A stretch of 64,000 nucleotides of DNA, from assembly GCA_050084985.1 (NCBI GenBank), contig JBITNC010000001.1, forward strand, positions 163,308,001-163,372,000, in the 5' to 3' direction. The position numbers and the translations under genes are program-made. The notes beneath the pieces were generated by a model, which was not told where the DNA came from, did not search any database, and saw only the letters and a list, made by a program, of their open reading frames with translations. Positions 37,076-51,922 of this stretch are shown here, one piece after another. The DNA comes from Nageia nagi. Lineage: Eukaryota; Plantae; Pinophyta. The first letter of the stretch is position 1, and each line of letters opens with the position of its first letter.

Positions 37076-40000
37076 CTAGTTGAGCATGGAAGAAGAGGAG
37101 TTCATAAAGATAATATCATCAATGTAGAGGTAAATGATGATATAGTCAAATGTGAATATAATTATGTATAATGTGGCTTCCATAGATCACCTCTAATAGT
37201 CATTCTAATTGAAGTAGGTGTCAATCTAAGAATACTAGGTGTGACAGGATTGCTTCAACCTATGAAGAGCTTTCTTGAGCTTGTAAACGTTTTCCTCATG
37301 GTCAATGATGGTGAATCCTTGGGGGTTGATTTACATAGAATTATTATTCTAAGTATCCATTTAAGAAGGTAGAATTCATATTCATTTTGTAGATGCTTAG
37401 ATCAAAATGGGAAGACAAAGCAAGAAGAGAGAGGACCATATCAAGGTAGACAACATGGAAAAATATCTCTTTGTAGTTTAGTTCTTCTTTTTAGACATAG
37501 TCCTTAGCAACCAACCATGATTTGTGTTTAACAATGCTATGATCAACATTGTTATTCAGATTGTATATCCATTTGAATCTAATGACATTATTAATATTTG
37601 GAGGAGGGACAAGATCCCAAGAGTCATTTTTCTAGATCTCTTTATCTCATATTCCATTTTTATTTTCCAATATTCATTTCTCATCATTTCTTTGAAATTT
37701 GAGGGCTTAAGGAGGGAAGAGGACATCAAGGCATAATTGGTGATTTAATCACCCCCCTTGATTATTTTTGGGTCACATGCATGGTGAAGTCATCATCCCA
37801 CATATGATATTGGGGATGATCCCATACAATCCTCAACTTGGAAGGAGTAGGAGCTATTACAGGTTTGGCAATTTGAAGATGGAAAGGGTTTTGGTGATCT
37901 AACAAAGAAGAGGAACTAGAGTAATAAAACTCTAGGATGATGCAAGAATTATAAGAACCCTTTCAATAAATCCCCCCTTCATTGAAGATAGCATCATAAA
38001 TGATATACAACTTTCCAGAGACTAGATCATAGCACTTGTATGCTTTGGACTCATCAAAGTATCCCACAAAGATATATTTAATGGATTTTTAATCTAATTT
38101 TTACCTACTCTCCTTAGGAATGTGTACATATAACATAGAGCTAAAGATCCTCATGTCAAAGATACTTGATTTGTTGCCAAACCAAGCTTCATAAGGGGTT
38201 GAATCCTGCATAACCTTGGTCAAGAAAAAAATCAAGGTGTAAATGATAGTGTGGATAACTTCCCACCATAATTTATTTTCCATAAACATATGCTTCAACA
38301 TGTATAGATCCATTTAAATAACCATCCAATTCTTTCTTTTTCCAACAACATTTTTTAGGTAGCATTTTATTACCATTTAATGCCATACTTATTGTAATAG
38401 TCCTTGAACTCATCTAAAATGAATTCATTGCCCCTATTTGCCTAAGAAATATTTAGGTTATGAATGTGTTGTTTCTCAGCCAATGCTCTAAACTTGATGA
38501 AGTAGTAAAAACAAGTAAACTTGGCTAGTAATAAATATAACCAATTTATACAAGAATAATCATCAGTAAAAATAAGCATATACTTGCACTTGGAAATGTT
38601 GGTAGTTTGCATAGGGCCACAAAGGTCTATGTGCTTCAATTCTAGGGGCACCTTGGCATGATATGGTTGGATGGAAAACTTATCATAGTGTTGTTTCCTA
38701 AAAATAGAACTCTCATACATAGTTTTTAATGGATTTGAGGAGGTTGATAAACCTCTCACAAGCTTATGCAATCCTTGTAATGAGTTGAAGTTGATATGGT
38801 TGAAACACTTGTTTTACAGCCACACTTAATCAAGATTGGTCTTTAGTAATTTGAAAAATGTAGGTGGCATCTTGAGTATATACATTATATTCTCATTCAT
38901 GAGAATAGTGGTGATAACTTATTGATTAGTCTCATTTGTAATGGTGCAATTCTTATTCTTAAAAACTAGCATGTAGGTTTTCAAGCACATATGACCAATA
39001 TTGAAGAGATTATGCTTCAACCCCAAAAAATACAAATTATCATGCATGTTTATGATATTATTAGTATTTTATTTAAAATAAATGGAGCCTCTATATGTAA
39101 TACTAACTTGATTGTTATCATCAAACTTGAATTTGTTAGTGACAATATCCTTAAGGCTGATAAATAGGCTCTTATTTTGAATCATATGATTGAAATAACC
39201 ACTATCTAGATACCAGATATGATCATAAACAACTTCAAATTTACTATGCATCAAAAACATATTGACATCATCATTGGAATCTTTAGTAAAGTTGTCTTTG
39301 GAATATTTCTTATTCTTCTATAAATAATGTTATTTCATGTGATCTTCTTTACCATAAAAATCATAATGTCAAGGGAATAAGCTATGGTTATGATCTTTTG
39401 AGAGACCTCTTCCTCTACCATGATCACCTCTACAACCTCTATCACCATAACCTTTTCCATGACCACTTTAGCAAGAGTTATAACTAGAAGAAGTTGAGGC
39501 GTAATCATTCATGTTGAGCTTGCCTTGGAAAGCTTGACCAAGATCCTTAGACCTATCTTTGATCCTTTGCTCATACGTATGTAAGCTTCCAAGAAACTTA
39601 ATTGCAAAGGTGATGGGATCAAATCACTGGGAAAGAATTATAAGAACATTTTTAATAATTCATGTTTCATTAAGATCCTCACCATGAGAATAAATGACAT
39701 CAAACAAGTTCTGAACTTTATTTATAAATATATCAATGGTCTCTCGATCAACCATTTTGAGATATTCAAAGTCTCTTTAAAGTATTTGTAGCTTGGTAAC
39801 TCTAACCTTGATAGAATCCTTGTAGGCACTCTCAAGCATGTCCCAAGAATCCTTTAAAATTTTGCATTTTGCTATCTTAGGGAAGATTGAAACATCTCTC
39901 CCACTTTTTAATGAAAATGGATCTTTGGCATCCTTCTTTATGGTGTCCAAAATCTCCTTTTTCTCATTTGTTGAGAGTAGTTCAAATATCACTATATCTA

Positions 40001-41850
40001 ATTTTGTATAACCATGAAAGAAAAGAGTCCACATGTATTTAAAGATGAGAAATTTTTTGATTCTAATTCTCTAATATTCAAAGTGTTCACTACTGAACAC
40101 ATAAATTGGCAACTATAAGGAAATTCCATCCTTTGACTCTATTTAACCCAATGAATTCTAAAAATATGATATAAATTGAAGAAGTTATATTGCTATGATT
40201 AACATGAGAATTATTGCATTCAAATTTGAAGTAGTCATAGTCAAACTAGGCAATAGCCATAATTAAACAATGTGATTGTATAGAAGAGTGGAGTTGGTAT
40301 GATCAAGAAATGAGTTATCATGGTTAGGAATAGTGCAAAAGGTAGAATGCTACACTTTGAGTCCATTGATGTCAATAAGATATTTCCTATGATGTGGGAA
40401 AGGAAAGATGTAGATGCTATACTTTAAATATGATGACATCAATAAGTAGATTTTTGGGATGCTATGCTAGGAAGAAAATAGGGCAATACCATACTTTTGC
40501 AAGGATGATGATAGCTGAAGTGTTGTTGTGGTGTGCAACATAGGGAAACATATAATGCCATGATTTACAAGTAGTGACATCAATAAGTATTTTTTTGGAT
40601 TGTGACAAGGAAGCAAAGTGGCACTACTATATTTTTGGAGCAATGATGTCAGCAACAAGAATTTTGGATCATGACATAATAAGAAATGAACTAAGTTTCA
40701 AGTGAAAAGATAGATGACATCAATAAAATCTTAAATAAAGTTAATATTGCAATATAGATGATATCATCATGATAAATGAAGGCTTAAAAGGCTTAAAATA
40801 ATAAGAAATTGACTAAGTACCATGTGGTAAGAGCATTGATGTCAGCAAAAACTTGAGAGCAATGCGACAAGGTAAGATCATCATTGTATGGCATGTGAAA
40901 AGAGTGATGATGTCAATAGAAGTATGAGCACAATGTGATAAGGGTTTATAGGGCATGAAAATATGTACACTACATGACATGATACAACAAGCATGATATG
41001 ATATGATAAAGTATCATAATGCATTAGGCAAGCAAGGAAAGCTGATAACAAGCTTAAAATATGTTCTTTCTTAAAAATGGAGGTCCAAAAATGTTCTTAA
41101 GGGACTAAAAATTGATTCAAACAAGAGAAAGAGGGAAATCCATTTTAGATGTGATTCTAGTAAGGAAAATCACAAAAATGAATAGCTAAGTCAAAGACCT
41201 AATTGTATAGTCTTGTCTAAGACCCAAAATAGGATAACAAGAATACAAACCAAGATATATCACTACCTAAAGAACAAAATGAGAATTTAACTAATACCCA
41301 GAAGCTAAAATACAAACTTACCAATAAGAAATACCTCAAACTAGCTTCAATATGCTTGGATAAATATGTTGAGTCATACATAGTCTCTCAACCACATGAA
41401 GAGAACAAAAATAAAGAGTTGCAAAAAAAAGAAATATTTTCTATTATGAGTGCTTAAAATAGCAACATAACATTACAATATTCTCTCCTACATGTTTAAA
41501 AAAGGAAAAATAAGTCCTATTTATATATAAAAAATATGGAGGATTGCAGATTCTAAGAAATCTAATAGATCACAATCCATTCAGATAATTAGGAAAACAT
41601 AAATGAAATCTATTAGAAAGGGATGGATGACCATGTATATGAATACAAAGAAAATTTGATTAGATTATGATCATTAAATATCAACTACATGCTTGTAAAA
41701 GGAAATAAATATCAATTGTTGAAGAATAGGTCCATCTCATAGTAGCTATTGGAGGAGATGTGCACTCGCACTCACAAGCATTAGATTCCTTCATTTACCA
41801 TATAGTAAAAGTGTTACTATTTATTTCTCATCATTCGCCTTAATCCAATA
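37076..41850 (-). mobile_element. Degraded, 3'-truncated Ty1/copia retrotransposon E
   Basis: gag ~39500-40130; WYLDSG protease; PLELKHIDLCGPMQT and TPYEAWFG integrase; RT LYIDDIIF near 37110. Degenerate PBS ~41383-41394; putative LTR from 41397, right end uncertain. Confidence 0.8.
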
Positions 41851-41879
41851 ATTTTAATAAATATTTTTGAATATTTACA

Positions 41880-44800
41880 AAGCTAGGAAAGAGAACACAA
41901 AGGGAGATTAAATCATTAATGGGAAGCTCTTCATTGACATTCTAAAGGTTATAAAAGGAATTCCAAATAGCATTAATAGAAAAATACAAGCTCAAGATAT
42001 CTTGAACAAGAGATAGTAGCCATAAAACTCTAGAATTCTAAAATTTAAAGATCTAAGTGTTTGAATGATTATGTGTTAGAATGATTATCACCATATTATG
42101 GATACTTGAAAGAGGAGAACCAACTATTGTGCCTAATAATTTGAACTCTTTAATAAGCTCAATGATCTAAGTTAGGCTTGACCATTATAATATTGTTTCG
42201 TATAATAGTTTAGTTATTCCATGATGAATTTCCTACTTCATATATTATAGATTGCACTTGTAGACACATAAAATATACATATTTCCCTAACTCATAACAT
42301 TTAACATTGATCAAAATTGATGTTAAAACCTTTATTTTCCAATGTTCAAGGTTAGTTTCCTTTACTAGCACATTTTAATGTGATAAGGCATGCTAAGTAA
42401 TTAGGAAACATCTCCAAGTATTAGAGGTTATAACCTATTACCCTTTAACCAACCACTCCACACATTTTGAAAAGTCAAAAAGAGATCACATCTTGCTTAC
42501 TTAACCTTGTATTTCATTCTTGTGCCTCACCATACTTGGTGACTCACCCATCCACCTCACCATGGGGATTTAAGGCCTTTGCCTCTACCAAAAAAGTCTA
42601 ATTGGATTTGAATGCTCTTTGTACCTCCCATAACTTCTCCTAACCATCCCAAATTAGGTTTAGGGTCTCCTTGGCCATCACTATTATAATTCAATAAATA
42701 GAGATCTATATTTTCCTCTTACTTTTAAAGCATTCTTATGCTTAAAAATTCATTGTAGATCACTATTTTTCACAATTTTTTTCTCATAGGTATTTTTGTA
42801 TAGGTTTAATCTCACCCAATCCAAGCATTTAACTAACCCAATTAAAATTTATTCCATGGAAATCCAACCAACTCATTTTTCATTCATCAAAATAAGATAG
42901 AAGGAGGAGGCCAATAATATGTGAACAAAAGGTTAAATAACTACCATATTGAACTAGGAAAACTAAAACATACCAACTCAAAAGAACCTTAGAGCATATT
43001 TTAATGATTTTGAATTTTGATTCTACTTGTGAGTTGAGCCACCATTTTTTTCTTGTATGGAACCAATGTATCCATTTTTGCATGGATATAAATTGTACTT
43101 CTATATCCTCAAGATAAATTCAAACTAATCAAAGATAGGTGTATTAGTTATATTTACTCATTTCATGGTTTTTGACTTTATGCTTTGAGTTAGTTCAAGC
43201 CTATTTAACTATGGAATTTGACCACAACATGAAGTTTAATCATTTTGGGGTATAGATAAACTCCTAATATCTCCTTTTAATATTTCTTTTAGGTGCTTAT
43301 AGGATTAGAAAAACCCCCATAATAGTCATATATTAAGCCCATCAATTTTGAGGTCATTTGTGAAAAAATGCTAAGGTTTTGATATGTTGTACTAACTTAG
43401 ATGATGAGTTATTTATAGGTGAATATTTTGGAGATCATAGTGGGAAAATATCAATGGATATATCCTTATATTAACTACTAGAATAATCTCAACCACATAA
43501 GTATGCTCTAAATGAGATCTTTAAAACTATGAATTTACAAGCTCATGACCTTAATTTATTTGCTAATTTTTTAGCAATGTCCAAACATGTACATCCCCTT
43601 CCATAACATTTTATGATCATGAAATAAGAGCATAAAAGATTATTAATATCTTGGCTTGTGTATGCTCTCCTCTAAAGCCATACAATGACCATAGGGATAA
43701 AAAATCCTTTATCTTTCATTAACTAGTTTTGATCATTTCCAAAAATATAAAGTTTATTTTGTTAAATCTCAAACAAAATCTTGTTTGTATTGTTAATTAC
43801 ACATACAAAAAAAAATTGGGTTTTATTTTCTCATAAAGAAATATGTAAGATAAGGGTTATTTATTGACCATAATTCATATACATTTGAAAAACTTACCCA
43901 TAACATAATTTGGGCCTAACATACCTAAAGCATATCAAGGATGCCCTAACCTTTAATTGGAACTTACCATAATTAGCCATTATTCGTTCACCACATAATG
44001 CACTAGAAACATTCCATCATCAACCACATAATATAATGTAAAGATTCATCTAGGGATATTAGTTGGATGTATCATTATGAAGTAATATAATATGACTAGG
44101 GGTATGGTCCCAAGCATCCTTACTTAGTGTCCTAAAATATTGGAACAAGCATTATTGTTAAACCCTTTGTTATTATGAGTTTTGTATGGTATCACACACC
44201 CATCCTAGAAATACTTGTCCTTCACATTAAAGTAGAATTTACTAGATATGAATTAAAAATTTAGTGTGAAACCTATTTGGAAAAAATTGAATTCATTAGA
44301 GTTTTAAATTTATGATAATCTTGATCTTTAGTATAAAACATGTAGTCATTTTTATTTGATTATACAATCTATAATCAACTATATATTTCTATTCATATAC
44401 AAACTTTCATAAATAATACCAAAGTTTTATCTACTATATGATATTGAATTGAACATAGACCAATCCAATCATGGAGCCTCAACATTATCCATACCACAAA
44501 CACCCCTAAACCTATCCCACTTCAACTAGCCTAACCTAATCCTCTTAAGAAAAATACCCCCACAACATATTTTAATGACATATCCAAGCTCCCAATCATG
44601 CATATCCTCATGTCAACCATATTCCTCTCAAAGTCCCCAAATATAATCATGTTCACTCACATATTATTTCAATCCACCACAATCCTAATATCCAAATGCT
44701 TAACCATATATAAGTTCATATCAACCATATTCCTCTTAATATCCTTAAACTTAACTAAGTACATCCACATCTTATTCCACTCCACCATAAGCCTCATATA

Positions 44801-45978
44801 TGGCCTCCCAATCATACTCATTATCTTATCAAATCTATTCCTATCAAAATCCTCTATCTTTATCATATCCATCCATAACCAATCTCATCCCATTGCAAAC
44901 CTCATCCCTTTCCTAATCACTCCAAGTTTATGAAGACCCATAAATACAATAAATTTATTAAACCATACAATCCAATTTACCTTAAATATCATATCTCAGT
45001 GCCATTCCATTATGATTATATTCTTCACACCATATAAATTACCCTTGCTAAACCCCTCATGTACAACCATAGCCATCACTTTTTCAAGTATAACAAATCA
45101 TACCATCCACATCCTCTTCCACTCTTAAAAACATACATCTTTCTCAATCACCTCCAACATACCAAGATCTAGTATTGATTTTAAAATAAGCTAGACAACT
45201 CAAATAAAAACTAATACCTTCCTTTAGTCAAGATGATTTGTAACCATTCCTTTATCAGGGTTACCAATATTTCTAATAAGTTATTGAAATCTCACCCATA
45301 ATTACACCATATGACCCTAAATTTGAAATAATTTTAAAGGATAACCATGTTCCCCTTTTTAAATACATTACAAAGATTTCTCAATTCCTTGCCAATCAAA
45401 GGTTTGTGCAAGGTCTGTCAAGAGCTCATGATAAATCATCCACATAATGAAACATCCTTAAAGGTCAATATGTAATGGTATCCAAAGATTATGAGAAATA
45501 AAATCATTCCCCATCAACCTCATGCCTCCCTACTTAGGTACCTACCATATTAATCACATCAGCTTCCATCCCTACTATACAATCAATGACTCCATATCCC
45601 TCTCTCATCACTCCTCTCCCCAAATATAACCATAAATCTCCCTCCTCTAATAATATTTCACCTCTAATTAAATAACCCACTCCTCCTTTTCCTAACTCCA
45701 TAGAGGGGCATCACCTACCTACACCTCCCATCAAATATGCAATCGTCTCTCTTCTTTACCCCTCAAAGTACCCCATCCTCTTTCTCTTCCACTCATAGAG
45801 AACCATCATCCCATTCATCTTCCTCCATATATGAACATCATCACTATACTCCCTTACCCCCTTTATATAACATTATTCTCTCACTCTAACCATAGAATAA
45901 CTCCAACCCATCCACCCTCTTCCTAAAAAGAAACTCATCCTATGAACCATTACTTTGAAGTGGGATATTATCAATAAC
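41880..45978 (-). mobile_element. Highly degraded L1-type LINE sequence
   Basis: Minus-strand remnants AKKLANKLRS (LANRL-like, ~43560) and HIIGLLL (YLGLPL-like, ~42910) in the order expected for L1 RT; strong purine skew on minus strand. Confidence 0.55.
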
Positions 45979-46479
45979 CACTAGACCAAAAATGGACTTT
46001 GGGGACGGGCAATTTGAGGTAGTTTTATTGCAATGATTTTTAACCACCCTAATATTTCATTTTAGTTGTAGTTTCTAAGGGGTAGGTTTTACTCACCCTA
46101 AAAGAACTAGATGAGGTGGCTAAACACTACCTCTTCATGAAAACAACAAATAAAAATAAAAAAGGGTATGCGAGGGAAAGTTTTCAAACATTTGAGATAA
46201 TTTTTAGTTGAGGGGTTGAAAAGGAGAGGGGCATTTGTGTATTTGGTGATATGAGAGAGGAAAGGGGAGATTGGATGAGAGGATACATGGTGATACCAAA
46301 TGAGAGGATACCTAGTGAGACCAGACAATGGGAAATGTGTTTTCCTAGGAGGTGCAAGCAAGTATTTCAATCCTTGACCCTACAAACTTGAAATATTATT
46401 TTATATTCTATATATATGTTCATGATTTGTATTTTTTGCATTATTTTAGAAAATTGATGAATTTTGCAAACGTTTTAAA

Positions 46480-48220
46480 CCATGAAACTACATTTACATC
46501 ATGCATTTTATCAAACTTATCCTAAGTCTTGTGTATTCTTCCACAAGTTTCATGTGTTTATTTTTTTAGAAAACCTATTTTGTGTATCGCACAATCATTA
46601 GATACCATGAAACTATGTTTTATTTATGAATCATGTTAAATAAATCCCAAGTCTTATTTTATTCTTCCACATGTTTCATGTATCTATGAACCTTGTTTAG
46701 AAAACCCATTTTGTGTATCGTATAATCATTGTAGACTATGAAACTTTGTTCATGTTATGCATCTTGTCAAACAAATCAACAACTTTTGATTTACAAGCAT
46801 CAAGTTGATGCATCCACATACCTAATTTAGGGTTTATGGGTATTTTGGAAATGAAGTTAAAAGCTCCCATATCCTACAAAAACCACAACATTTGATTTAT
46901 GAGCACCAAGTAGACACATCCATATACCTAATTAAGGATTTATAGGTATTTTGGAAATGAAGTTAAAAGCTTCCTCAAGATAGCTTTCTCAAATCACAAC
47001 ATTTGATTTTCAAGCACCAAGTAGACACATGCATGCACCTAACTCAAGGTTTATGGGTATTTTGGTAGTGAAGTTCAAAGCTCCCTCAAGATAGCTTGGA
47101 TGAACCACAACATTTGATTTACAAGAATCGAGTAGCATGCACACAACCAATTTAGGATTTATGCGTATTTTGATAATGAAGTTCAAAGGCCCCTCAAGAT
47201 AGCCTACACAACCAAGAAGGTTAATAATGCATGTATAATGATTAATCCTATGATTGCAAGATATGCACAAAAATGAAAAACTTGTAGAGATTGTTAAGAA
47301 AATGCAATTGTCAATTGTAAAACTAGCTACATGATGAAACACTATACTTTAAGAAAGTATCAAAAACTAGTATCAAAGTGGTAATTTAGGAAAAATAAAC
47401 TTATAATACTTAACAACTATTCAACCTAGAAATTTAAATGCTATGTTATATTACCTCCATAATAAGCACAATAAGATATAAAGGTTATATGTCTCTCCCT
47501 CATGAAACTGTGTATGCATCATTCATCTTGTTAAACAATTCTCAAGCCTTGTGTATTCTTTCAAATTTCACATACATGCCCATAAGTGCATTCACAACCA
47601 CAACATTCAATGGAAATCCATTTTCAGCTACTCTTTGATGAATGTACATACCTTCTTCTAGAGCTCCCATTGTGACACATGCTGAAATATGATACATCTT
47701 AGGAATAATGCAATAAGAGTAACTCATGCTATTAAAGTATTTTCAGCCCTCATCCACTAGACCTACATGGTTGCATGTAAATAGAACACATATACATGTT
47801 TATATATGTAAGTAAAACACATATAAAGGTTTCTCATGATAGTTTTGTTCTTTCCTAAGAGACTTTTTTATTTTTCACCAAAAAGGGTTCTTAGTAAAGT
47901 AAAAAATATAGCTTGTAATACCTTGAAAGATATTGACACTGTACTTGCATCATGCATCTTGTTAAACAATTCTTGGGTATTGTGTTTTTTTCCAACTTAT
48001 CACTTTTGGATTGGTTTTTGACACTTGGAAATTTTTTGGGTTGAACAACTGCTTTCCTTCTCCAAGCCAATTTTTGGATCATATGGTACCATATTTAAAT
48101 AGATTCATATAATATCATGCATCTTTTTTATCTAGGAATTCAAAACCATAATATTCAATTTACAAAGCACCATGTAGACACATCCACATACATAATTTAG
48201 GGTTTATGGGTATTTTGGCA
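46480..48220 (-). pseudogene. Scrambled PLS/E-class PPR gene fragments (mostly minus strand)
   Basis: CGRIHK..FDKMHDVNVVSW; ACVTMGALEEGMYIHQRVAENGFPLNVVVVNALMGMYVKFERIHKA; CVLFTCNHVGLVDEG*KYFNSMS; HYTCIINLLGCVGYLEGPLNFIIK; CMCLLGA. Confidence 0.88.
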
Positions 48221-48734
48221 CTTGAGCTCAATTATGATGTTGGCAATGTCCTCCTAAAGAATGGCCTAATGGAACACATACACATGTTCATATATGTAAG
48301 TAGAATATATACAAATGTTTCTCATGCTATTAAAGTTTTATTCTTTGTAGGATATATACAATGTTTCTCAAGCTATTAAAGCACATAATATATGGCCTCC
48401 CTAAGCATGGTATAATGGAACTAACCAATCATCATTATATATATATATATAAATAAAATGAAAGATAAAGGCATGTTCATGATCAAGTGCATCATATCAT
48501 ATAAAATTATCCACTAACATATGGTATGAAATGATCTGATTACATCATATTGAATGATACTACTATACCATATGATATGAAATTATTCAAATATGCTCTA
48601 CTGTTCTAATTATTTCTCAAATAAGTCAAATATTATATATAGTACTACTACCACAACATTTGATTTAGAACCACTAAGAAGGCACAGAAAAACATCTAAG
48701 AAACACTTTTTGAAAAATTGAATTGCAAAATAAA

Positions 48735-51600
48735 ACTTGATAGACATGTATACAAAATATGGAAGATACATGATGTAGAAACATTTTCATGGACTGCAAT
48801 GTGGAATATGTTTGATGCAAACAAAGTTTCATATCATGTGCCATAATTTATTTGTATGAATATTTTGATACATGCTAAAAATGAAGGAACCCACAACATG
48901 TTTCATTATTTTCATCTCATCATTTTGTATATAGAATAGGATATCCACTTGGGAACCACATATTTTTTCTATGTTTGGTTAAGTATTACAAACATATTAT
49001 TTCCAACTTACCACTTTTAGATCATTTAGATCATCTATGTTTGGTTAAGTATTACAATTTAGGCAATGAAGGAGCCCACAACATGTTTCATTATTTTTGG
49101 GCACTTAAAATATTTTCATCATTTCGAGTTTTTAGAGCTAAGGAGTTGGAGGAGAGAGGTGCATTTAGATTATTTCATACCATACATATAGTGAACTTAA
49201 CATAGTTTCATATCTTATTATGTACTTAGATAATTTCACATCATATATATGGTACACTTGACATAGTTTCATATCTTATCTGTGCATATCTTGTGATCAT
49301 TATTGGAGGAGAAAGGGGAATTTGGTGTATTGGTGAGACCAAAGAGATTAGGAGAGACCAGATGTGAGAAGACATGGTGATACTATATGAGACATGGTAT
49401 AAATTATTTTGCTTCATATATGTATTTTTCTATAGGGAAAAATCATTTCATGTTATTATGATACAATTGCAATTGCCTCATCATATTGCAATCCCTACAG
49501 TTTTAAGCATCTAGGTTGGTTGTGTTGTAATATTATGAACAATACTGAAGCATAATGGTGATATATCTTTTGAGATCTTATAAATGTAGCTAGCCCTAAA
49601 TTTTCTAATTCATGAGGAAAGACATACAACCTTTATATCTTGTTGTTCTTTTTGTGGAGGTAAGCAACATAGAATATCATATATGATAATGTAGATGGAA
49701 TTATTAATAGATAGCATCGATTAACAATTCTATATGTATCAATATCATAGTTATCATAGTTATTTTTCACAAATATATGCTTATAATCATGTAATTTATT
49801 TTTATAAATTACAAGTGCAAAGAGAGCACCAAGTATGATATTATTCATAACTCGAAATGCCCAGTAACTTTCCAAGTGCTTGATGAGTCATTATACATGC
49901 ATTGTTGAAATTTTTGGTCATGTAGGCTATCTTGAGGAAGTTTTGAACATTATATATAATGAAATTGGCTCAATTGATGTCATATGTTTTATTTTGATAA
50001 GCAGCATAGCATTTAAATTTTTGGTTGAACAATTTCTAAGTATTGCAAGCACATTTTTGCCAACTTACCACGTTTGGACTAGTTTTGACACTTACTTAAA
50101 GTATAATGTTTCATTATGGGTGCAATATAATAATAATCAATCATCATATTAAAGGGTTTAAGGGAATATTTATTTTAGATATGAATTGCACATCCTCCAA
50201 TCATTGCCTTACGTGAGATTATCTAGGAACTTTATGTTGCTTTCCTTCTCTAAGCTAGTTTTACACATGAAAATTGCATCTACTTAAAAGCCTCTATAGC
50301 CTTTCATTTTTTGCATATCCTGCAATCGTGGGATTAATCATTATATATGAATTTTTGAACTTCTTATACATATAGACTATCTTGAGGAGATTTGAACTTT
50401 ATCTTCTGCAATGATTGCATGATACACACAAAATGGATGTTCTAAAAATTAAAGGCCCATAGACACATGAAATAATTCTTTGGCCTTGTGTATTGTTTCA
50501 CATTTTTTATACATGCCTATCAGGGTAGTCACAAGAATAATATGCATGATGCAAACATAGTTTCATGGTATACTATGATTGCAATATTCATGGGATTTCA
50601 AAAAGAATGTATAAAAATTCAAAGCACCAATTGCCTCTAAGTGCCAAAATACCCATAAATCCTGAATTGGGTGTGTGGAGTATCATAATTATTTTACAAA
50701 TAAATTATTACATGTGATATGGAATGATTTAAATACACCATATAATGTGATATGAAATTATTTAAATACACCAAATGCCTCTCCTCTTCAACCCCTCAAT
50801 TTTAAAAAATCAAAATGATAAAAATGGGTGTTTTAAAAATTAAGGATCTATAAACACATGAACTAATTCTTGGGCCTTATGTATTGTTTCACATTTTGCA
50901 TATATGTGATATGAAATGATTTAAATACACCATATGATCCAAATATTATCTTGGATAAGGAAAGAAACTATTCAACATGTGATATGAAATGATTTAAATA
51001 CACCATATGATCCAAAAACTCAAAATGATAAAAACATTCCAAGTTCTTGCCTAAGTTGGAAAAACACATGATGATAATACATAACCAAACACAAAAAAAA
51101 AGTGGTTCCCAAGTGGTTCATTAGATTATAGTTTAAGGGCATCCTTATTGTATCCATGAATTGCATTTCCTTCAACTATTACAATCTATGAGATTGTGTC
51201 TGCATCATACATCATCCATATTTTATATTCATGTCTATTAGCTTTTATGTTCCATCTCATTTATTTTAAAAAGTGCTACTTGGGTTTGTGGATGTTTCTA
51301 CTTGGTGTTTGCAAATTGAAATATTGTGGTAGTAGTATAGAGCATATTTGAATCATTTTATCAATAGTACTTGATCATAATTGTGGCATTCTTGATCATT
51401 TAAGCATAATTGTAGAGCATATTTGAATATTTTTGAGCTTCTTTAAAAAAATGTGTTTGCATCATGCATCTTATCAAATAATTCCTAGGCCTTGCATCAT
51501 ATGTTTATATCTTGCAATCATTGTAGATAATGAAATTGTGTTTACATCATGCATCTTCTCAAACTATCCTCAACCCTTGCATCATTCATATTCTTAAAAG
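48735..51600. pseudogene. Further dispersed PPR fragments on both strands
   Basis: Plus: IDMYTKYGR..HDVETFSW (~48740), SHYTCIVEIFGHVGYLEEVLNII (49886), HDANIVSWYTMIA (~50545), KIPINPELGVW (~50647). Minus: FDKMHDAN/FEKMHDVN-like pieces at 51455-51580. Confidence 0.8.
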
Positions 51601-51829
51601 TCCACAATTTCCTATCATATGGTGGACTTGGATCATTTCATATCATATGTTTGAAGCATCCAGGTTGGTTTTGTGGTAACATAATAGTGATACATGTATT
51701 GAGAGCTTCTAATTCATGATGATTTGAACAAGTTATTATGGGGTAAAGATATCTTATTATTCAAGTAAGACAACATAGCTTTTGAATTTTTGGGTTGAAT
51801 AGTTGCAAAGTATTACACACATATATTAA

Positions 51830-51851
51830 TATATATATACACCCACATTCC

Positions 51852-51882
<31 letters not shown>

Positions 51883-51922
51883 GTGTGTGTGTGTGTGGGT
51901 GTATGTACATATATATATATAT
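51830..51922. repeat. Compound (CA)n(TA)n(TG)n microsatellite forming a palindrome
   Basis: ..CCCACACACAC..ACATATATATATATGTGTGTGT..GTGGG.. is self-complementary. Confidence 0.9.

Noticed and set aside
44598-44933. Ile/Ser/Leu-rich 111-aa ORF
   Set aside because: Arises from a C/A/T-skewed degenerate repeat; the Ser-rich ORF at 53181-53444 likewise reflects strand skew.
46480-51600. A functional PPR gene
   Set aside because: Fragments are short, out of order, on both strands and interrupted by stops.
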